Of a DNA stretch of 64,000 nucleotides, positions 27,585 through 37,048 are shown piece after piece (position 1 is the first letter of the stretch; every line of letters starts with the position of its first letter). Below the pieces are notes generated by a model. It searched no databases, was not told the DNA's origin, and worked only from the letters and a program-made list of their open reading frames with translations. Origin of the DNA: a bacterium (GTDB lineage: Bacteria > Patescibacteriota > Minisyncoccia > Minisyncoccales > DG-74-3); NCBI GenBank assembly GCA_030603245.1, contig JAUVYE010000001.1, positions 1,418-65,417 of the forward strand, given 5' to 3'. Both the position numbers and the translations under genes were made by a program.

Positions 27585-30226
27585 TGTCAAAAAAATCTTT
27601 TTTAAAATTTCTGTTTTTTTTGTTCTTAGTCCTCAATTTTTTAAGCTTTGGGGAATTTGTTTTAGCTTGCGAGGAAGGAGAAACTCAAGATTGCGAAACC
27701 TGCGGAGTTCAAACCTGTGATGATTGTTATGAGAAAGAAATTGATTTCGGCATAGAAATAATAATAATGACTGTTTGTGATTGGGGAAACTGTGACCCTG
27801 ATAGTCAAACTCAAGACTGTGACATTTGTGGTGTTCAAGAATGCCAGTGTGAGGGCAACTCTTGTTGGTGGGACGATTGTGATGAAACATCAAAGCCAAG
27901 GACAAAAAGAACAAGCAATTGGACTGAATACCGCTGCCAGGAAGATGGATGTGGTCAAGAATATATCCAAAAAAGAAAATGTGAAGAAACTTGTACTAGA
28001 ACTTGTTGGTGTATAGGCGGAGGGGAATGGGAATGTTCAAGCTACTCGGATTGTGATACGGATTGCGACAGCCCAGAGCCTGTAGAAGAATGTGACTTAG
28101 ATTGGCAGCTTTGTTATGGAAGCAATGAATGGAGTAGATCTGCTCGTAGTTGTAATTGTGCAGGAACATGTTTAGAAACACCAAAAAATCCAAGATACTA
28201 TAATAACCCGAACTATCCAACTGATCCTTATGAACCAGAAGAATCAGAAGATGCTAATAATATTTTTTTGCCAGTTAAATTAGATTGGGACAATGTTAAA
28301 GCATGGAAAAATGATTGGGAAGAAAATGGAGAATTAAAAGAATGTTCAGAAGATTGTTTTCAATCATATTTGATTGAAATAAGCAATACAGCTTCTGGTA
28401 ATTTCTCAAAAGCTTTGACTCAAGATTCTGAATATAATCCAACACAAGACCAAGGAGCTTGTTTCTTAAAATCGGGAATAACTCATAATTTGGACGTAAG
28501 CGCTTGTTGTAATACAAACGGTACTAATTGCAGTTCTAAAAGCAACTGGAGTTTTGATACTAAATCTGCTCCAGAACCCATTTTGCCGGCTGATTTTGAT
28601 TGGAAAGAAGAAGAAATTAAATCTGGAGTTGAAATCCCAGTATTCCTTGATTGGTGCGATGTTAATAATGCCAAATCTTTTAGAATAAAAATTCATTATA
28701 TTAAAGATGGTCAAGAACTATGCCATCCCTGGCTTGTGTCAGGACAAAGCTGTGACTCTGAGATAATTACAACAGAAAACAGGCCTCCCCCATATTATGA
28801 TCCCACTAAAGATATTCTATATTCTGATTTTCAAGATAATGAGGGATTTTTTACTAAAGATACAGAATACAGGTGGGAATTAGCAACTTGTTTTAATGAA
28901 AATGGAACAAATTGTAGTGATTTTGGTCAAAAATGGGGATTTGATACTACTTTGGTTTCATTACCCTATCTTCAATTAGAGTCTCCGCCCAATGACCCTA
29001 ATGGTAAACAAGCAGTAGGTTTTCCAGTCATTTTAGAATGGAAACATGAACCAGGAATGAATTCTTTTGTTTATGATGTTTATAAAGAAAATCCAGGAGA
29101 ACTTACTGGCAATCTTAATCTTTCCCAAAAAGTTTTTGATTATCCAACGCTTTCTTTAAATACTTTTTATACTTGGAGAGTTAAGCCTTGTTGGGATTAT
29201 GAAGGATTAGATTGCGAAGATTGGCCAGCAGGCCAAGAATGGGTTTTTAAAACCACTGGAGCTGCACCAAATTTAATTTATCCAGAAAATAATGATTCTA
29301 ATGTTCCAATTCCAATAAAATTAGAGTGGGAAGGTATGTCAGGCGCTAAATCATATAAATATTGGGTATATTCTAGTGGAGAGTTAATTGCAAACAACAT
29401 TGTTGAAGACAGTTCTGTTTTAATTAAATACGATCCTGTTTCAAAAGAACCCAAGCAAGAAACTAATTATTCCTGGCAAATTGCAACCTGTGCTGATGAA
29501 AAGGGGGAAATTTGTGGCCTTCCTACAAGTCTGTGGAAATTTACAACCTTTAAACTTTCTCCTCCATCAAACTTATTACCAGAAAATAATGAAACAGTTT
29601 TTACCTATCAAATGCCTAAAAGCTTTTCTTGGGATTCAGATGCAAAATATTTTAGATTTACTTTAGATTATATTCAAAAAGCAGAACAAGAGGTTGGGAA
29701 TTGTGCTCTTGAAAGACAAAAAAAAATCACTGATAATAATCTTTATTCTCTTTCTTTAAGTTGCTTGGGAGAATACCAATGGCAAGTTCAAGCTTGTTTA
29801 GATGAAAACTGCGATCAAGAAGGAACCGCAAGCTCTGTTCAGAATTTCATCTTAGATCAAGCTACTCCTCCCACTCAATTTGGTTTAGTTCCTTGTGGCA
29901 GAAATTCAGACAATCCAAACACTCCTTGGAATGAAAGAGACAGTTGTCAATTTAAGCATCTTTTTATTCTTTTTAAAAATATTATTGATTTTCTTTTATG
30001 GAGAGTAACTTTGATTATTTTGCTTTTACTAGTCATAGCTACAGCAATAATATTTTACTTCTCAATAGGCGCCCCTGCTCTTATAATTGACATCAGAGGT
30101 GTTTGGAGAGCAGCTGGAAAGGGTTATGCAATTATTTTTATGTCTTGGATAATTATTAATCTTGTTTTAAATATTTTAGGATATCAAATTGGAATTTTTG
30201 GCCAGTGGTGGCAAATTAATTTCTAA
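27584..30226 (+). CDS. Secreted 880-aa Cys-rich repeat protein (putative adhesin/tip module) fused to a C-terminal VirB2-like pilin domain
   Basis: Signal peptide, then an N-terminal CxxC-rich region with duplicated TQDC(E/D)(T/I)CGVQxC. About 5 tandem ~100-aa modules follow, each ending W-x-[VI]-x-[AP]-C-x3-G-x2-C...W-x-F-x-T (FN3-like by pattern). The last ~115 aa are GLVPCGRNSDNPNTPWNERDSCQFKHLFILFKNI plus two TM helices, a paralogue of the 19103-19561 protein. Confidence 0.5.
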   Translation: MSKKSFLKFLFFLFLVLNFLSFGEFVLACEEGETQDCETCGVQTCDDCYEKEIDFGIEIIIMTVCDWGNCDPDSQTQDCDICGVQECQCEGNSCWWDDCDETSKPRTKRTSNWTEYRCQEDGCGQEYIQKRKCEETCTRTCWCIGGGEWECSSYSDCDTDCDSPEPVEECDLDWQLCYGSNEWSRSARSCNCAGTCLETPKNPRYYNNPNYPTDPYEPEESEDANNIFLPVKLDWDNVKAWKNDWEENGELKECSEDCFQSYLIEISNTASGNFSKALTQDSEYNPTQDQGACFLKSGITHNLDVSACCNTNGTNCSSKSNWSFDTKSAPEPILPADFDWKEEEIKSGVEIPVFLDWCDVNNAKSFRIKIHYIKDGQELCHPWLVSGQSCDSEIITTENRPPPYYDPTKDILYSDFQDNEGFFTKDTEYRWELATCFNENGTNCSDFGQKWGFDTTLVSLPYLQLESPPNDPNGKQAVGFPVILEWKHEPGMNSFVYDVYKENPGELTGNLNLSQKVFDYPTLSLNTFYTWRVKPCWDYEGLDCEDWPAGQEWVFKTTGAAPNLIYPENNDSNVPIPIKLEWEGMSGAKSYKYWVYSSGELIANNIVEDSSVLIKYDPVSKEPKQETNYSWQIATCADEKGEICGLPTSLWKFTTFKLSPPSNLLPENNETVFTYQMPKSFSWDSDAKYFRFTLDYIQKAEQEVGNCALERQKKITDNNLYSLSLSCLGEYQWQVQACLDENCDQEGTASSVQNFILDQATPPTQFGLVPCGRNSDNPNTPWNERDSCQFKHLFILFKNIIDFLLWRVTLIILLLLVIATAIIFYFSIGAPALIIDIRGVWRAAGKGYAIIFMSWIIINLVLNILGYQIGIFGQWWQINF

Positions 30227-30230
30227 AACA

Positions 30231-30911
30231 ATGAGTAAAGTAATAAAAATCCTTGTCGTTTTAGTAATTGTTCTTTTGCTTATTATTGTTTTGGGCAATT
30301 ATTTTTTACAACAACAACTAAAACAAGTAGGAGGAGTAGATTTTTCAGAAATAATATCCCAAATTGAAGGATTGTCATCTGAGCAAATTTTAAAATCTCA
30401 AGCAGAAAAAGAGAGTAGTAAAAAATTCATTAGTCCAGATAAAAAACTAAAAATAGAGTATTCTTTGAGGTGGATAGAAACACCGAGCGAAAGTTTGGAA
30501 AGAATCGTTCCGAATGAACAAATTCAAAAATACAACTTAACCAATTTGCTTTTAGCTCAACGATTCGAAATTAGTGGAGAATTTGCTCAATTAATTATTG
30601 ACCAGGCATTTTTTGACATCCAAAAGTCTTTTGAGCAAATTATTGATGAAATGCAGAAAGCTAATCTTGAACAGGGATGGAATATGGAAGTTATTGAATC
30701 AAAAACTGAAAACAATGAAATTATTTTTGAAGCAAGGTATGAAAAAAGCAAAAGCCATAGTGTTTATTCCAAAGAAAAGATAATATTTCTTGAACCAGAA
30801 GAAAACAATAAAAAAGCTTATTTAATTAGCTTTATTACTCTTAATAAAGATTGGTTAAAATTTAAAGAAGAGGCAAACAAAATCTTTGAATCTGTTGAAA
30901 TAAGTCAATAA
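30231..30911 (+). CDS. Hypothetical N-terminally membrane-anchored protein
   Basis: Single N-terminal TM (ILVVLVIVLLLIIVLG) followed by a soluble domain. The listed ORF start at 30189 overlaps the upstream gene, so the ATG at 30231 is preferred. Confidence 0.35.
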   Translation: MSKVIKILVVLVIVLLLIIVLGNYFLQQQLKQVGGVDFSEIISQIEGLSSEQILKSQAEKESSKKFISPDKKLKIEYSLRWIETPSESLERIVPNEQIQKYNLTNLLLAQRFEISGEFAQLIIDQAFFDIQKSFEQIIDEMQKANLEQGWNMEVIESKTENNEIIFEARYEKSKSHSVYSKEKIIFLEPEENNKKAYLISFITLNKDWLKFKEEANKIFESVEISQ

Positions 30912-30972
30912 ATTGCTTTATTCTTGACAAATATAAAAAATAAGGTAAAAAGAGAGTAGAAAGTGTTAAAAA

Positions 30973-31707
30973 TTGAATAAAGGAAAGCAAGATAAAACAT
31001 TTGGCAATTTCAACAAATCCACGATGATTACAGCTATTGTTATAACAATTATCGCAATAGGCAGTATTGGTTACTACACCATATTCTACAAACCAAGCCC
31101 ATCAGGACCACCCACCATTCCAGCAACCTCACCAGCCAACATTGGTAAACAAACGGATCCTACTACAGAAAGCACTGAAACAACCTCTGAGCTAATAAAT
31201 ACAACCTCTCCCGAGCCTGAGATATCTAATATTACAGATACTTCTACTGTTTCTGAAGATGAACTAAATGCAACTCAACCCGAAATACCAGAACCTGATT
31301 CTGCAATCATCACAATGAACGTTTCTGATCTCCATGATCTCTATATAGATGCTTATTTCACCTACGACAGAAGAGAAGCGAAAGACAAGATAGAAAATCT
31401 AACTGGTAAGGTCATTAGAGTAAGAGGGGTTTTCAGGATGTCGGCAAGAAAAAAAGCAGAAAACAATGAAACCTATGAAATAGTAATCCTGTTTGGAACG
31501 AATAATGAAAGTAATCCCAAAGACATCTTTATCTACTTACCTTTTACCGAGGAGGTCCTCCAAGAAGTAGCTGCTATAAAATATCCAGATGTAGTTGTTG
31601 TCCAGGGAGAATTCTATCCAGGACCACCTGAACCTTTGCCATTTTATCCTCCTAAGATTGGATACAGTATAGTTGCACGTTTGAAGAATTGCCAATTAGT
31701 ACCTTAA
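30973..31707 (+). CDS. Membrane-anchored Thr/Ser/Pro-rich surface protein with C-terminal OB-fold (tRNA_anti-like/BOF-type) domain
   Basis: TM anchor, a low-complexity T/S/P/E linker, then a domain with LTGKVIRVRGVF...YEIVILFG typical of OB-fold BOF/tRNA_anti-like modules. Start is TTG at 30973 or ATG at 31022. Confidence 0.4.
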   Translation: MNKGKQDKTFGNFNKSTMITAIVITIIAIGSIGYYTIFYKPSPSGPPTIPATSPANIGKQTDPTTESTETTSELINTTSPEPEISNITDTSTVSEDELNATQPEIPEPDSAIITMNVSDLHDLYIDAYFTYDRREAKDKIENLTGKVIRVRGVFRMSARKKAENNETYEIVILFGTNNESNPKDIFIYLPFTEEVLQEVAAIKYPDVVVVQGEFYPGPPEPLPFYPPKIGYSIVARLKNCQLVP

Positions 31708-31794
31708 GGACTTTACAGTCCTGTTTTTTTATTTCTAAAAAAAAGTGATATAATAATTATAGAATGAGATTTTTTGTTATGATATAATATTAAA

Positions 31795-32736
31795 ATGAAA
31801 AAGCTTTACATAAGTAAAAAACTCTTTTTCTTTTTAACACTATTGGTGGTTTTGGGTATTGCTTCTAATGCTTTGGCTTTAGAGTTAAATTGGCCTGTTT
31901 CCCCAGGAAAAACTGAACTGACTGAAAAAAGCAATATTTCAGAAATGGTTAAATACTTCTATGAGTGGGGAATATCTTTGGGTGGAATAGCAGTATTTTT
32001 TTCTTTAATAATGGCTGGTTTTAAATATTTAACTTCAGTGGGAAACGAAAACAAAATGAGAGAGGCTAGAGACAGAATTAACTCTTCTCTTTTGGGACTT
32101 TTGCTTCTTTTATCTTCCTTTCTTATTCTTAATACTATTAACCCTGAACTAACTACTTTAAGAATGCCTGATGATATAAAATCTGCTTCTCAAAATCTGA
32201 TACCTATAGACGTAGGTAAACCAGATACTTCTGATCCTTGTAAAAAAGTAATTGTCTATAGTGAGACTAATTTTCAAGGTAATTCATTTGAGATTCTACC
32301 GGGACTAACGTCTGGGGACCTATCTGCTACTGCTAAAATAGGAGGGGAAGCTCTCTCAATTGAGATTTTTGGCTTTTGTAAGGCAGAACTATATTCATCA
32401 AAAAACTGTTGGTGGAAAGCAGACCTAATGACCACAATTTACACTAGCTTGCCTGATATTGCTTCTGTATACCTAAACGATCCTGTTGTTTGTGTTAGAA
32501 ATTTAGCAGGAATCACTTCTTCGCCATGTGATGAGAACTGTTCTAAGTGTAGTAAAGAAATAGATTGTATAACTAGTTCTTCTAATTGTATTTGGCAAAA
32601 CTACCTTTGTATTGAATCAACATGCGATACAAATTGTAGTGAATGTACTACGTTCGCGGACTGTATTTCGAGTTGGGCTGAGTCTGGTTGTGTCTGGACC
32701 CCTTATGAAACATGTGAGCCAGAACTGTTTGAGTAA
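31795..32736 (+). CDS. VirB2/TrbC-like pilin-family protein with C-terminal Cys-rich duplicated module
   Basis: Signal peptide, then a two-TM hairpin (GGIAVFFSLIMAGFKYLTSVGNENKMREARDRINSSLLGLLLLLSSFLIL) matching the TM1-AG-loop-TM2 pattern of the other two pilin-like domains. C-terminal ~190 aa contain repeated C(D)xNCS(K/E)C...DCI(T/S)S...C(I/V)W units. Confidence 0.45.
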   Translation: MKKLYISKKLFFFLTLLVVLGIASNALALELNWPVSPGKTELTEKSNISEMVKYFYEWGISLGGIAVFFSLIMAGFKYLTSVGNENKMREARDRINSSLLGLLLLLSSFLILNTINPELTTLRMPDDIKSASQNLIPIDVGKPDTSDPCKKVIVYSETNFQGNSFEILPGLTSGDLSATAKIGGEALSIEIFGFCKAELYSSKNCWWKADLMTTIYTSLPDIASVYLNDPVVCVRNLAGITSSPCDENCSKCSKEIDCITSSSNCIWQNYLCIESTCDTNCSECTTFADCISSWAESGCVWTPYETCEPELFE

Positions 32737-32763
32737 TAAAACAACAAAAAAATAAATTAAAAA

Positions 32764-35700
32764 ATGCCCGAAAAATTCAAAAGTTTTTTCTCTAAAATAA
32801 TAACAGATAAAAGATTAAAAATTGCTCTTTTCTCTTTTATTGTTTTATTCAGTATTTTTATTCCTTTAAAACGCGCTGATGCTATTTGGGGAATCGGAGA
32901 TATCGGGCTTTTTGATTTGGCTCAAACGCAATTAGATGCTTTAGATTTTGTAGATAGCGTAATTTTGAGATTAGTTATCTTTATTTTTGTCCTTATTGTA
33001 GAATCAGAGATTTTTATTTTTACCGCAGCCAATCTTTTACAATGGGCAATGAATCTACCAATAAATATTGGGATCGGTGCCACAAAAAACCTTCTTGTTG
33101 CCTCGGGCTGGCAATTTACTCTTGGTCTAACTAATCTCTTCTTCATTTTAGCCCTCGTGATTATTGCCTTAGCTCATATTTTGGGATTAAGTACTTTTGA
33201 AATGAAAAAAGCTCTGCCAAAGCTAATTATAATTGCTCTTTTGGTGAATTTTAGTTTAGTTTTTATTGGAATGTTTGTAGATATTGTCAATATCTTTCAG
33301 AATGCTATTTTAGATGCGCTCGGAAAAGATTTGGTTACCTTAGCTATCCAGCCACTTATAACTAGCGCTAAAAGCGTTGCTGCCTGGTTTGTTCTTATTC
33401 CTACCACCTATTTGATTACTGCTCTAATTCCTTTTGGCAATGTTATTGCAGCTGTAGCGGTTGGAAGCACAATCCTTACTGATATTGTATCTGGCGGTAT
33501 CTTGCTTAAGGGTCTGTTTTTAATAATTATAAATTTGCTTATTGGAACCATCTTCTTATTCTATTTCGTCTTTTTCTTAATGAGAATAGCTATGATTTGG
33601 ATTTTGGCTATTTTTGCTCCTTTGGCTTTTTTCAGCTATATTCTGCCTCAAACTCAAGGTGTTTGGAGAGAATGGCTCAAAACTCTCTCAGAATGGTTAA
33701 CCTTAGGAATAGTTGCAATTTTCCTAACAGGTTTAGGATTAAAATTATTTGCAACAACCGGAGACAATGCTATTCTTGACTGGGGAGGAGATATAAATAC
33801 AGGAAGAGGTTCTTTACCAGCTTTTATTTATAATTATCTGTTTTTGCTTGTTTATATGGGAATAGCTGCTTATTACAGTATAAAATATACTCCCCAAATG
33901 GCTAATACCTTATTAGATTATGGAAAAGGTTTTGCAGGTGGTGTTAGAAAAATAGCAACTACAAGAACAATGAAAAGAGATGTTTGGGGGCCAGCAGCAG
34001 AACAATTGGCTGATACGGAAAAGTGGGGTCAACGATTAATAGGAAGGGCTAAAGAAGCAGAAATAGAGGGGAAAATAGGAAGGGCAATGTTTATGAGATG
34101 GGCTGGGAGAGGTGCTGGGGGATTAGGCAAAGCGGTTGGTACAGCCACCAAACCGTTTAGACCAGGTCTGATTGAATATGCGGCTCAACAAAGAAGAACT
34201 GCCAAACCAAAGGGCTGGGATCAAATGTCTGTTGCTGATAAGTCCAATTATATTAATGCTCTAACACAAGATAAAGAAAAAATGGTTTTAGCAAGTCAAA
34301 TGGCGACCGAAGGCACTTTTGCTCATGCTGGAAATGAATTCCAAGAGCAAATACTTGGAATAGCAAAAGGTTTTTCAAAAGATGATAGAAATAAGGCGTT
34401 GTATGGAAAAGAAATTGGAGATATTTATGATGTAATTCCAGACGGTGTTACTCTAGAGTCTGAACTCGATCTTAAAGCAACAAAACAAGACAAAGAAGAA
34501 CTCAGAAAAAAAATAGAAGGTAAGGCAAAAGAAATAACCGCCAATGCTGGTTTACCAGAAGATCAATATACGCAGAATTTGGATTTAGCTGCTGCCGTTC
34601 TAAGAATAAAAGCAATGAAAACAGCTGATTTGGTTAAGATGAAAAAAGCTTCTCTTACCTCCATGGCTGGCAGATTAGCTTCTCATGAAATGACCAGTCA
34701 ACAAATACAAAGAATTTATAATACCTTTGGCAGAGATACAATAGATGATATATTCAAGGGCGATGGCGGGCTTAATGATATCTTTGAAAACAAAAAACAA
34801 AAAGAAGGACAAAAACTCCTTGATCAAGCGTATCGCCGAAATCCTGCACTTGTTCACTTTTTTGCTAATACTCCTGCAGGTAGAGCGATGAACTGGAGCG
34901 GACTTAAATATATGGATAGGAACGAAAACAATAAAATAGATTTTGATAAATTTAAAGAAAGATTGTCAGAAGAAGAAAGAGAAAGAGAAGAAGAAAAAGA
35001 AAAAGAAGCAGCAGTAGTGCCTAAACCAGTTTCTAGAGTAAAGCAATTTGAAAAAGATATATTGTCAAAATTAGCAGAACAAAAGGAAATCAAGGCACAA
35101 ATTTCAGAACATAAAAAGGAATTGAGAGGGGTAAAAACAGCTGCAACAAGAATAGACGTAGAAAATAATATTAAAGAAAAAGAAAAAACCCTTAAAATTA
35201 ATCAGGCAGAAATTAAAAAACTTCAAAAGAGTTATTCAGAAGAATGGAAAGCAGAAAAAATAGCACTCACCGAGGCAGCAGCTGAAACTGAAGAACCAAA
35301 AGCAAAACTTTTGAGCGAGGTTGAAAAACTAAAAGCATTAGATAAAGCAGCTGAAAAAATAGAGTCTGATAACGCTCTCTTTATATCTAAGTTAGAAGAT
35401 AGGGAGAAGGTTTCTAAATTAACAGAAAAAGAACAAGAAGCATATAAACAATACAAAGAAGCCTATAATAGCGCGTTTACCGAAAGAAAAGAAATAAAGA
35501 GCAAACTTGATGCATCAGAAAAGTATGCTAATAAAATATCTCTAAGACTAAAGAATATTCGAGGCATAGAAAACAATTTAGAAATAACTAAGAAAGAAGC
35601 TTTGACCTCTGGAAATTTAGAAAAAGTGAAAAATGCAGAGCTTGCCATGGAACATCTGAAACAAGAAAAAACTTCTATCGAAAAGATTTTAGCAACATCA

Positions 35701-36555
35701 ACCCCAGAAGAAATGCTTAATAAAGAAAAAGGAGTTGATATTATGCAGGAGAGATTAAAAGAATTTAATCAAAATCCATTAGTAGTACAAGCCAAAAGAG
35801 ATGTACGAAAGCTGAAACAAAAAATAAGGTTAACTCAAGATAAAACAGAAAAAACTAGACTCCGAAAAGATTTATCTAGTCATAAAGAAAGATATTCTTC
35901 AGTATTCGAAATTGCTCCAAAACTAGAAAAAGCTTACAGAGAACAAAAAAGAGGATTGCCAAAGACAAAAGGTGCACTAGAAAAATTACAAACCCAAAAA
36001 TTAACAGCAATTAGTAATCTGAATTTGAAAAAATCAAAAGATTTAGAATTAAAAATAGAAAATCAGGAAAAATTAGCAGATAGTTCACGCTACAGATTGT
36101 CTGTATTGTTACCAGGCGAGATTGACAGATTGATGGACGTCGTACAAGAAGAAAAAGTAAAAGGCACCGTTCCGTTTATTCCGCGACCGTCAAAAACTCC
36201 TCCGTCGACAACAACACCAACCACACCATCAGATCCACAGTCTCCGCCACCCCTATCCTCACCGCCACCACCAGACGAAATTCCTCCTGAGGATTTAGAA
36301 AAAATCAGGAAAGAATTCAAAACAAAAACAGAAAGAGTACTGAAAGACATCTCCAGCTTCGAAGAACTGAATAAGGCGCTAGATGATCTTGGAGAGATAC
36401 AGGGCAGCAAAAAACTTTATTCGACAAAAGAACTTAAAGAAATAATTAAGGATATTAGAATTGGAAAGAAAACTCTCTCTCATGTAACAAGAGAGGGAGG
36501 GCTAAGAAGAGTGGTAAGAAAATTGATTAGCTTAGAAAAAAAGAATACACGTTAA
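32764..36555 (+). CDS. Giant VirB6/TrbL-like polytopic membrane protein with ~800-aa coiled-coil and Pro-rich C-terminal extension
   Basis: The first ~390 aa carry at least 8 TM helices; the VirB6-like call rests on this topology and the neighbouring T4SS genes. Long K/E-rich heptad coiled coil follows. Pro/Thr/Ser-rich segment TPPSTTTPTTPSDPQSPPPLSSPPPPDEIPPE at about nt 36180-36300. Confidence 0.45.
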   Translation: MPEKFKSFFSKIITDKRLKIALFSFIVLFSIFIPLKRADAIWGIGDIGLFDLAQTQLDALDFVDSVILRLVIFIFVLIVESEIFIFTAANLLQWAMNLPINIGIGATKNLLVASGWQFTLGLTNLFFILALVIIALAHILGLSTFEMKKALPKLIIIALLVNFSLVFIGMFVDIVNIFQNAILDALGKDLVTLAIQPLITSAKSVAAWFVLIPTTYLITALIPFGNVIAAVAVGSTILTDIVSGGILLKGLFLIIINLLIGTIFLFYFVFFLMRIAMIWILAIFAPLAFFSYILPQTQGVWREWLKTLSEWLTLGIVAIFLTGLGLKLFATTGDNAILDWGGDINTGRGSLPAFIYNYLFLLVYMGIAAYYSIKYTPQMANTLLDYGKGFAGGVRKIATTRTMKRDVWGPAAEQLADTEKWGQRLIGRAKEAEIEGKIGRAMFMRWAGRGAGGLGKAVGTATKPFRPGLIEYAAQQRRTAKPKGWDQMSVADKSNYINALTQDKEKMVLASQMATEGTFAHAGNEFQEQILGIAKGFSKDDRNKALYGKEIGDIYDVIPDGVTLESELDLKATKQDKEELRKKIEGKAKEITANAGLPEDQYTQNLDLAAAVLRIKAMKTADLVKMKKASLTSMAGRLASHEMTSQQIQRIYNTFGRDTIDDIFKGDGGLNDIFENKKQKEGQKLLDQAYRRNPALVHFFANTPAGRAMNWSGLKYMDRNENNKIDFDKFKERLSEEEREREEEKEKEAAVVPKPVSRVKQFEKDILSKLAEQKEIKAQISEHKKELRGVKTAATRIDVENNIKEKEKTLKINQAEIKKLQKSYSEEWKAEKIALTEAAAETEEPKAKLLSEVEKLKALDKAAEKIESDNALFISKLEDREKVSKLTEKEQEAYKQYKEAYNSAFTERKEIKSKLDASEKYANKISLRLKNIRGIENNLEITKKEALTSGNLEKVKNAELAMEHLKQEKTSIEKILATSTPEEMLNKEKGVDIMQERLKEFNQNPLVVQAKRDVRKLKQKIRLTQDKTEKTRLRKDLSSHKERYSSVFEIAPKLEKAYREQKRGLPKTKGALEKLQTQKLTAISNLNLKKSKDLELKIENQEKLADSSRYRLSVLLPGEIDRLMDVVQEEKVKGTVPFIPRPSKTPPSTTTPTTPSDPQSPPPLSSPPPPDEIPPEDLEKIRKEFKTKTERVLKDISSFEELNKALDDLGEIQGSKKLYSTKELKEIIKDIRIGKKTLSHVTREGGLRRVVRKLISLEKKNTR

Positions 36556-36607
36556 GTACTTAAAATAATAAAAAGTGCGGTAAAATGCTTTTGTAGCTTT
36601 TTACCGC

Positions 36608-37048
36608 TTAGGGTGAGGGAGGTGGCAGGAAAGGACGAACGTTCAGTAACCAGGCTGGCATTGGATGTGGACTAGTGAGTTCTGGTATGATGCCACGATC
36701 TACATCAACCTTATTGGCCAAGTTCTGAAGTGCAGTACAATCCTGAAGAGTCTTTTCAAACTCCTGATAAGTATCTGCCATTTCTTGCAGTAAAGTATCA
36801 AGTCGAGTTTTTAGTAAATCTTCTGCTGTCTGGGCTTGCCGGAAAGCCCAAGGAACATGTCTTTTAACTTGTTCTTTGAACTTGTCCTTCTCTGGAGCCA
36901 CAAAGAGCGCTATAACCTGATTTGTTGGACCATCCAAGATTTCGTCAAGATCAGAAGGATTCTCCATTACTGTTCTTGCAATCTCTACTAGTTTGGCCCT
37001 AAATTTTCCTACTCCGATACTCTTATCATAATTCACCATTCTTTTCAC
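36608..37048 (-). CDS. Hypothetical protein, reverse-oriented, in a compositionally distinct (about 50% GC) island
   Basis: The only minus-strand gene inside a plus-strand locus. The local sequence is visibly GC-rich relative to the ~30% GC flanks. No recognisable motifs. Confidence 0.35.
   Translation of the reverse strand: MKRMVNYDKSIGVGKFRAKLVEIARTVMENPSDLDEILDGPTNQVIALFVAPEKDKFKEQVKRHVPWAFRQAQTAEDLLKTRLDTLLQEMADTYQEFEKTLQDCTALQNLANKVDVDRGIIPELTSPHPMPAWLLNVRPFLPPPSP

Noticed and set aside
27633-28714. Several 60-95-aa ORFs (both strands) overlapping the 5' third of the 880-aa gene
   Set aside because: All are embedded in or antisense to the long Cys-rich ORF, whose repeat structure and codon periodicity support it as the real gene.
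34675-36410. Minus-strand Ser-rich ORFs (60-106 aa) inside the VirB6-like gene's coiled-coil region
   Set aside because: Antisense of K/E-rich coiled-coil codons (GAA/AAA) gives Phe/Ser-rich artefacts.
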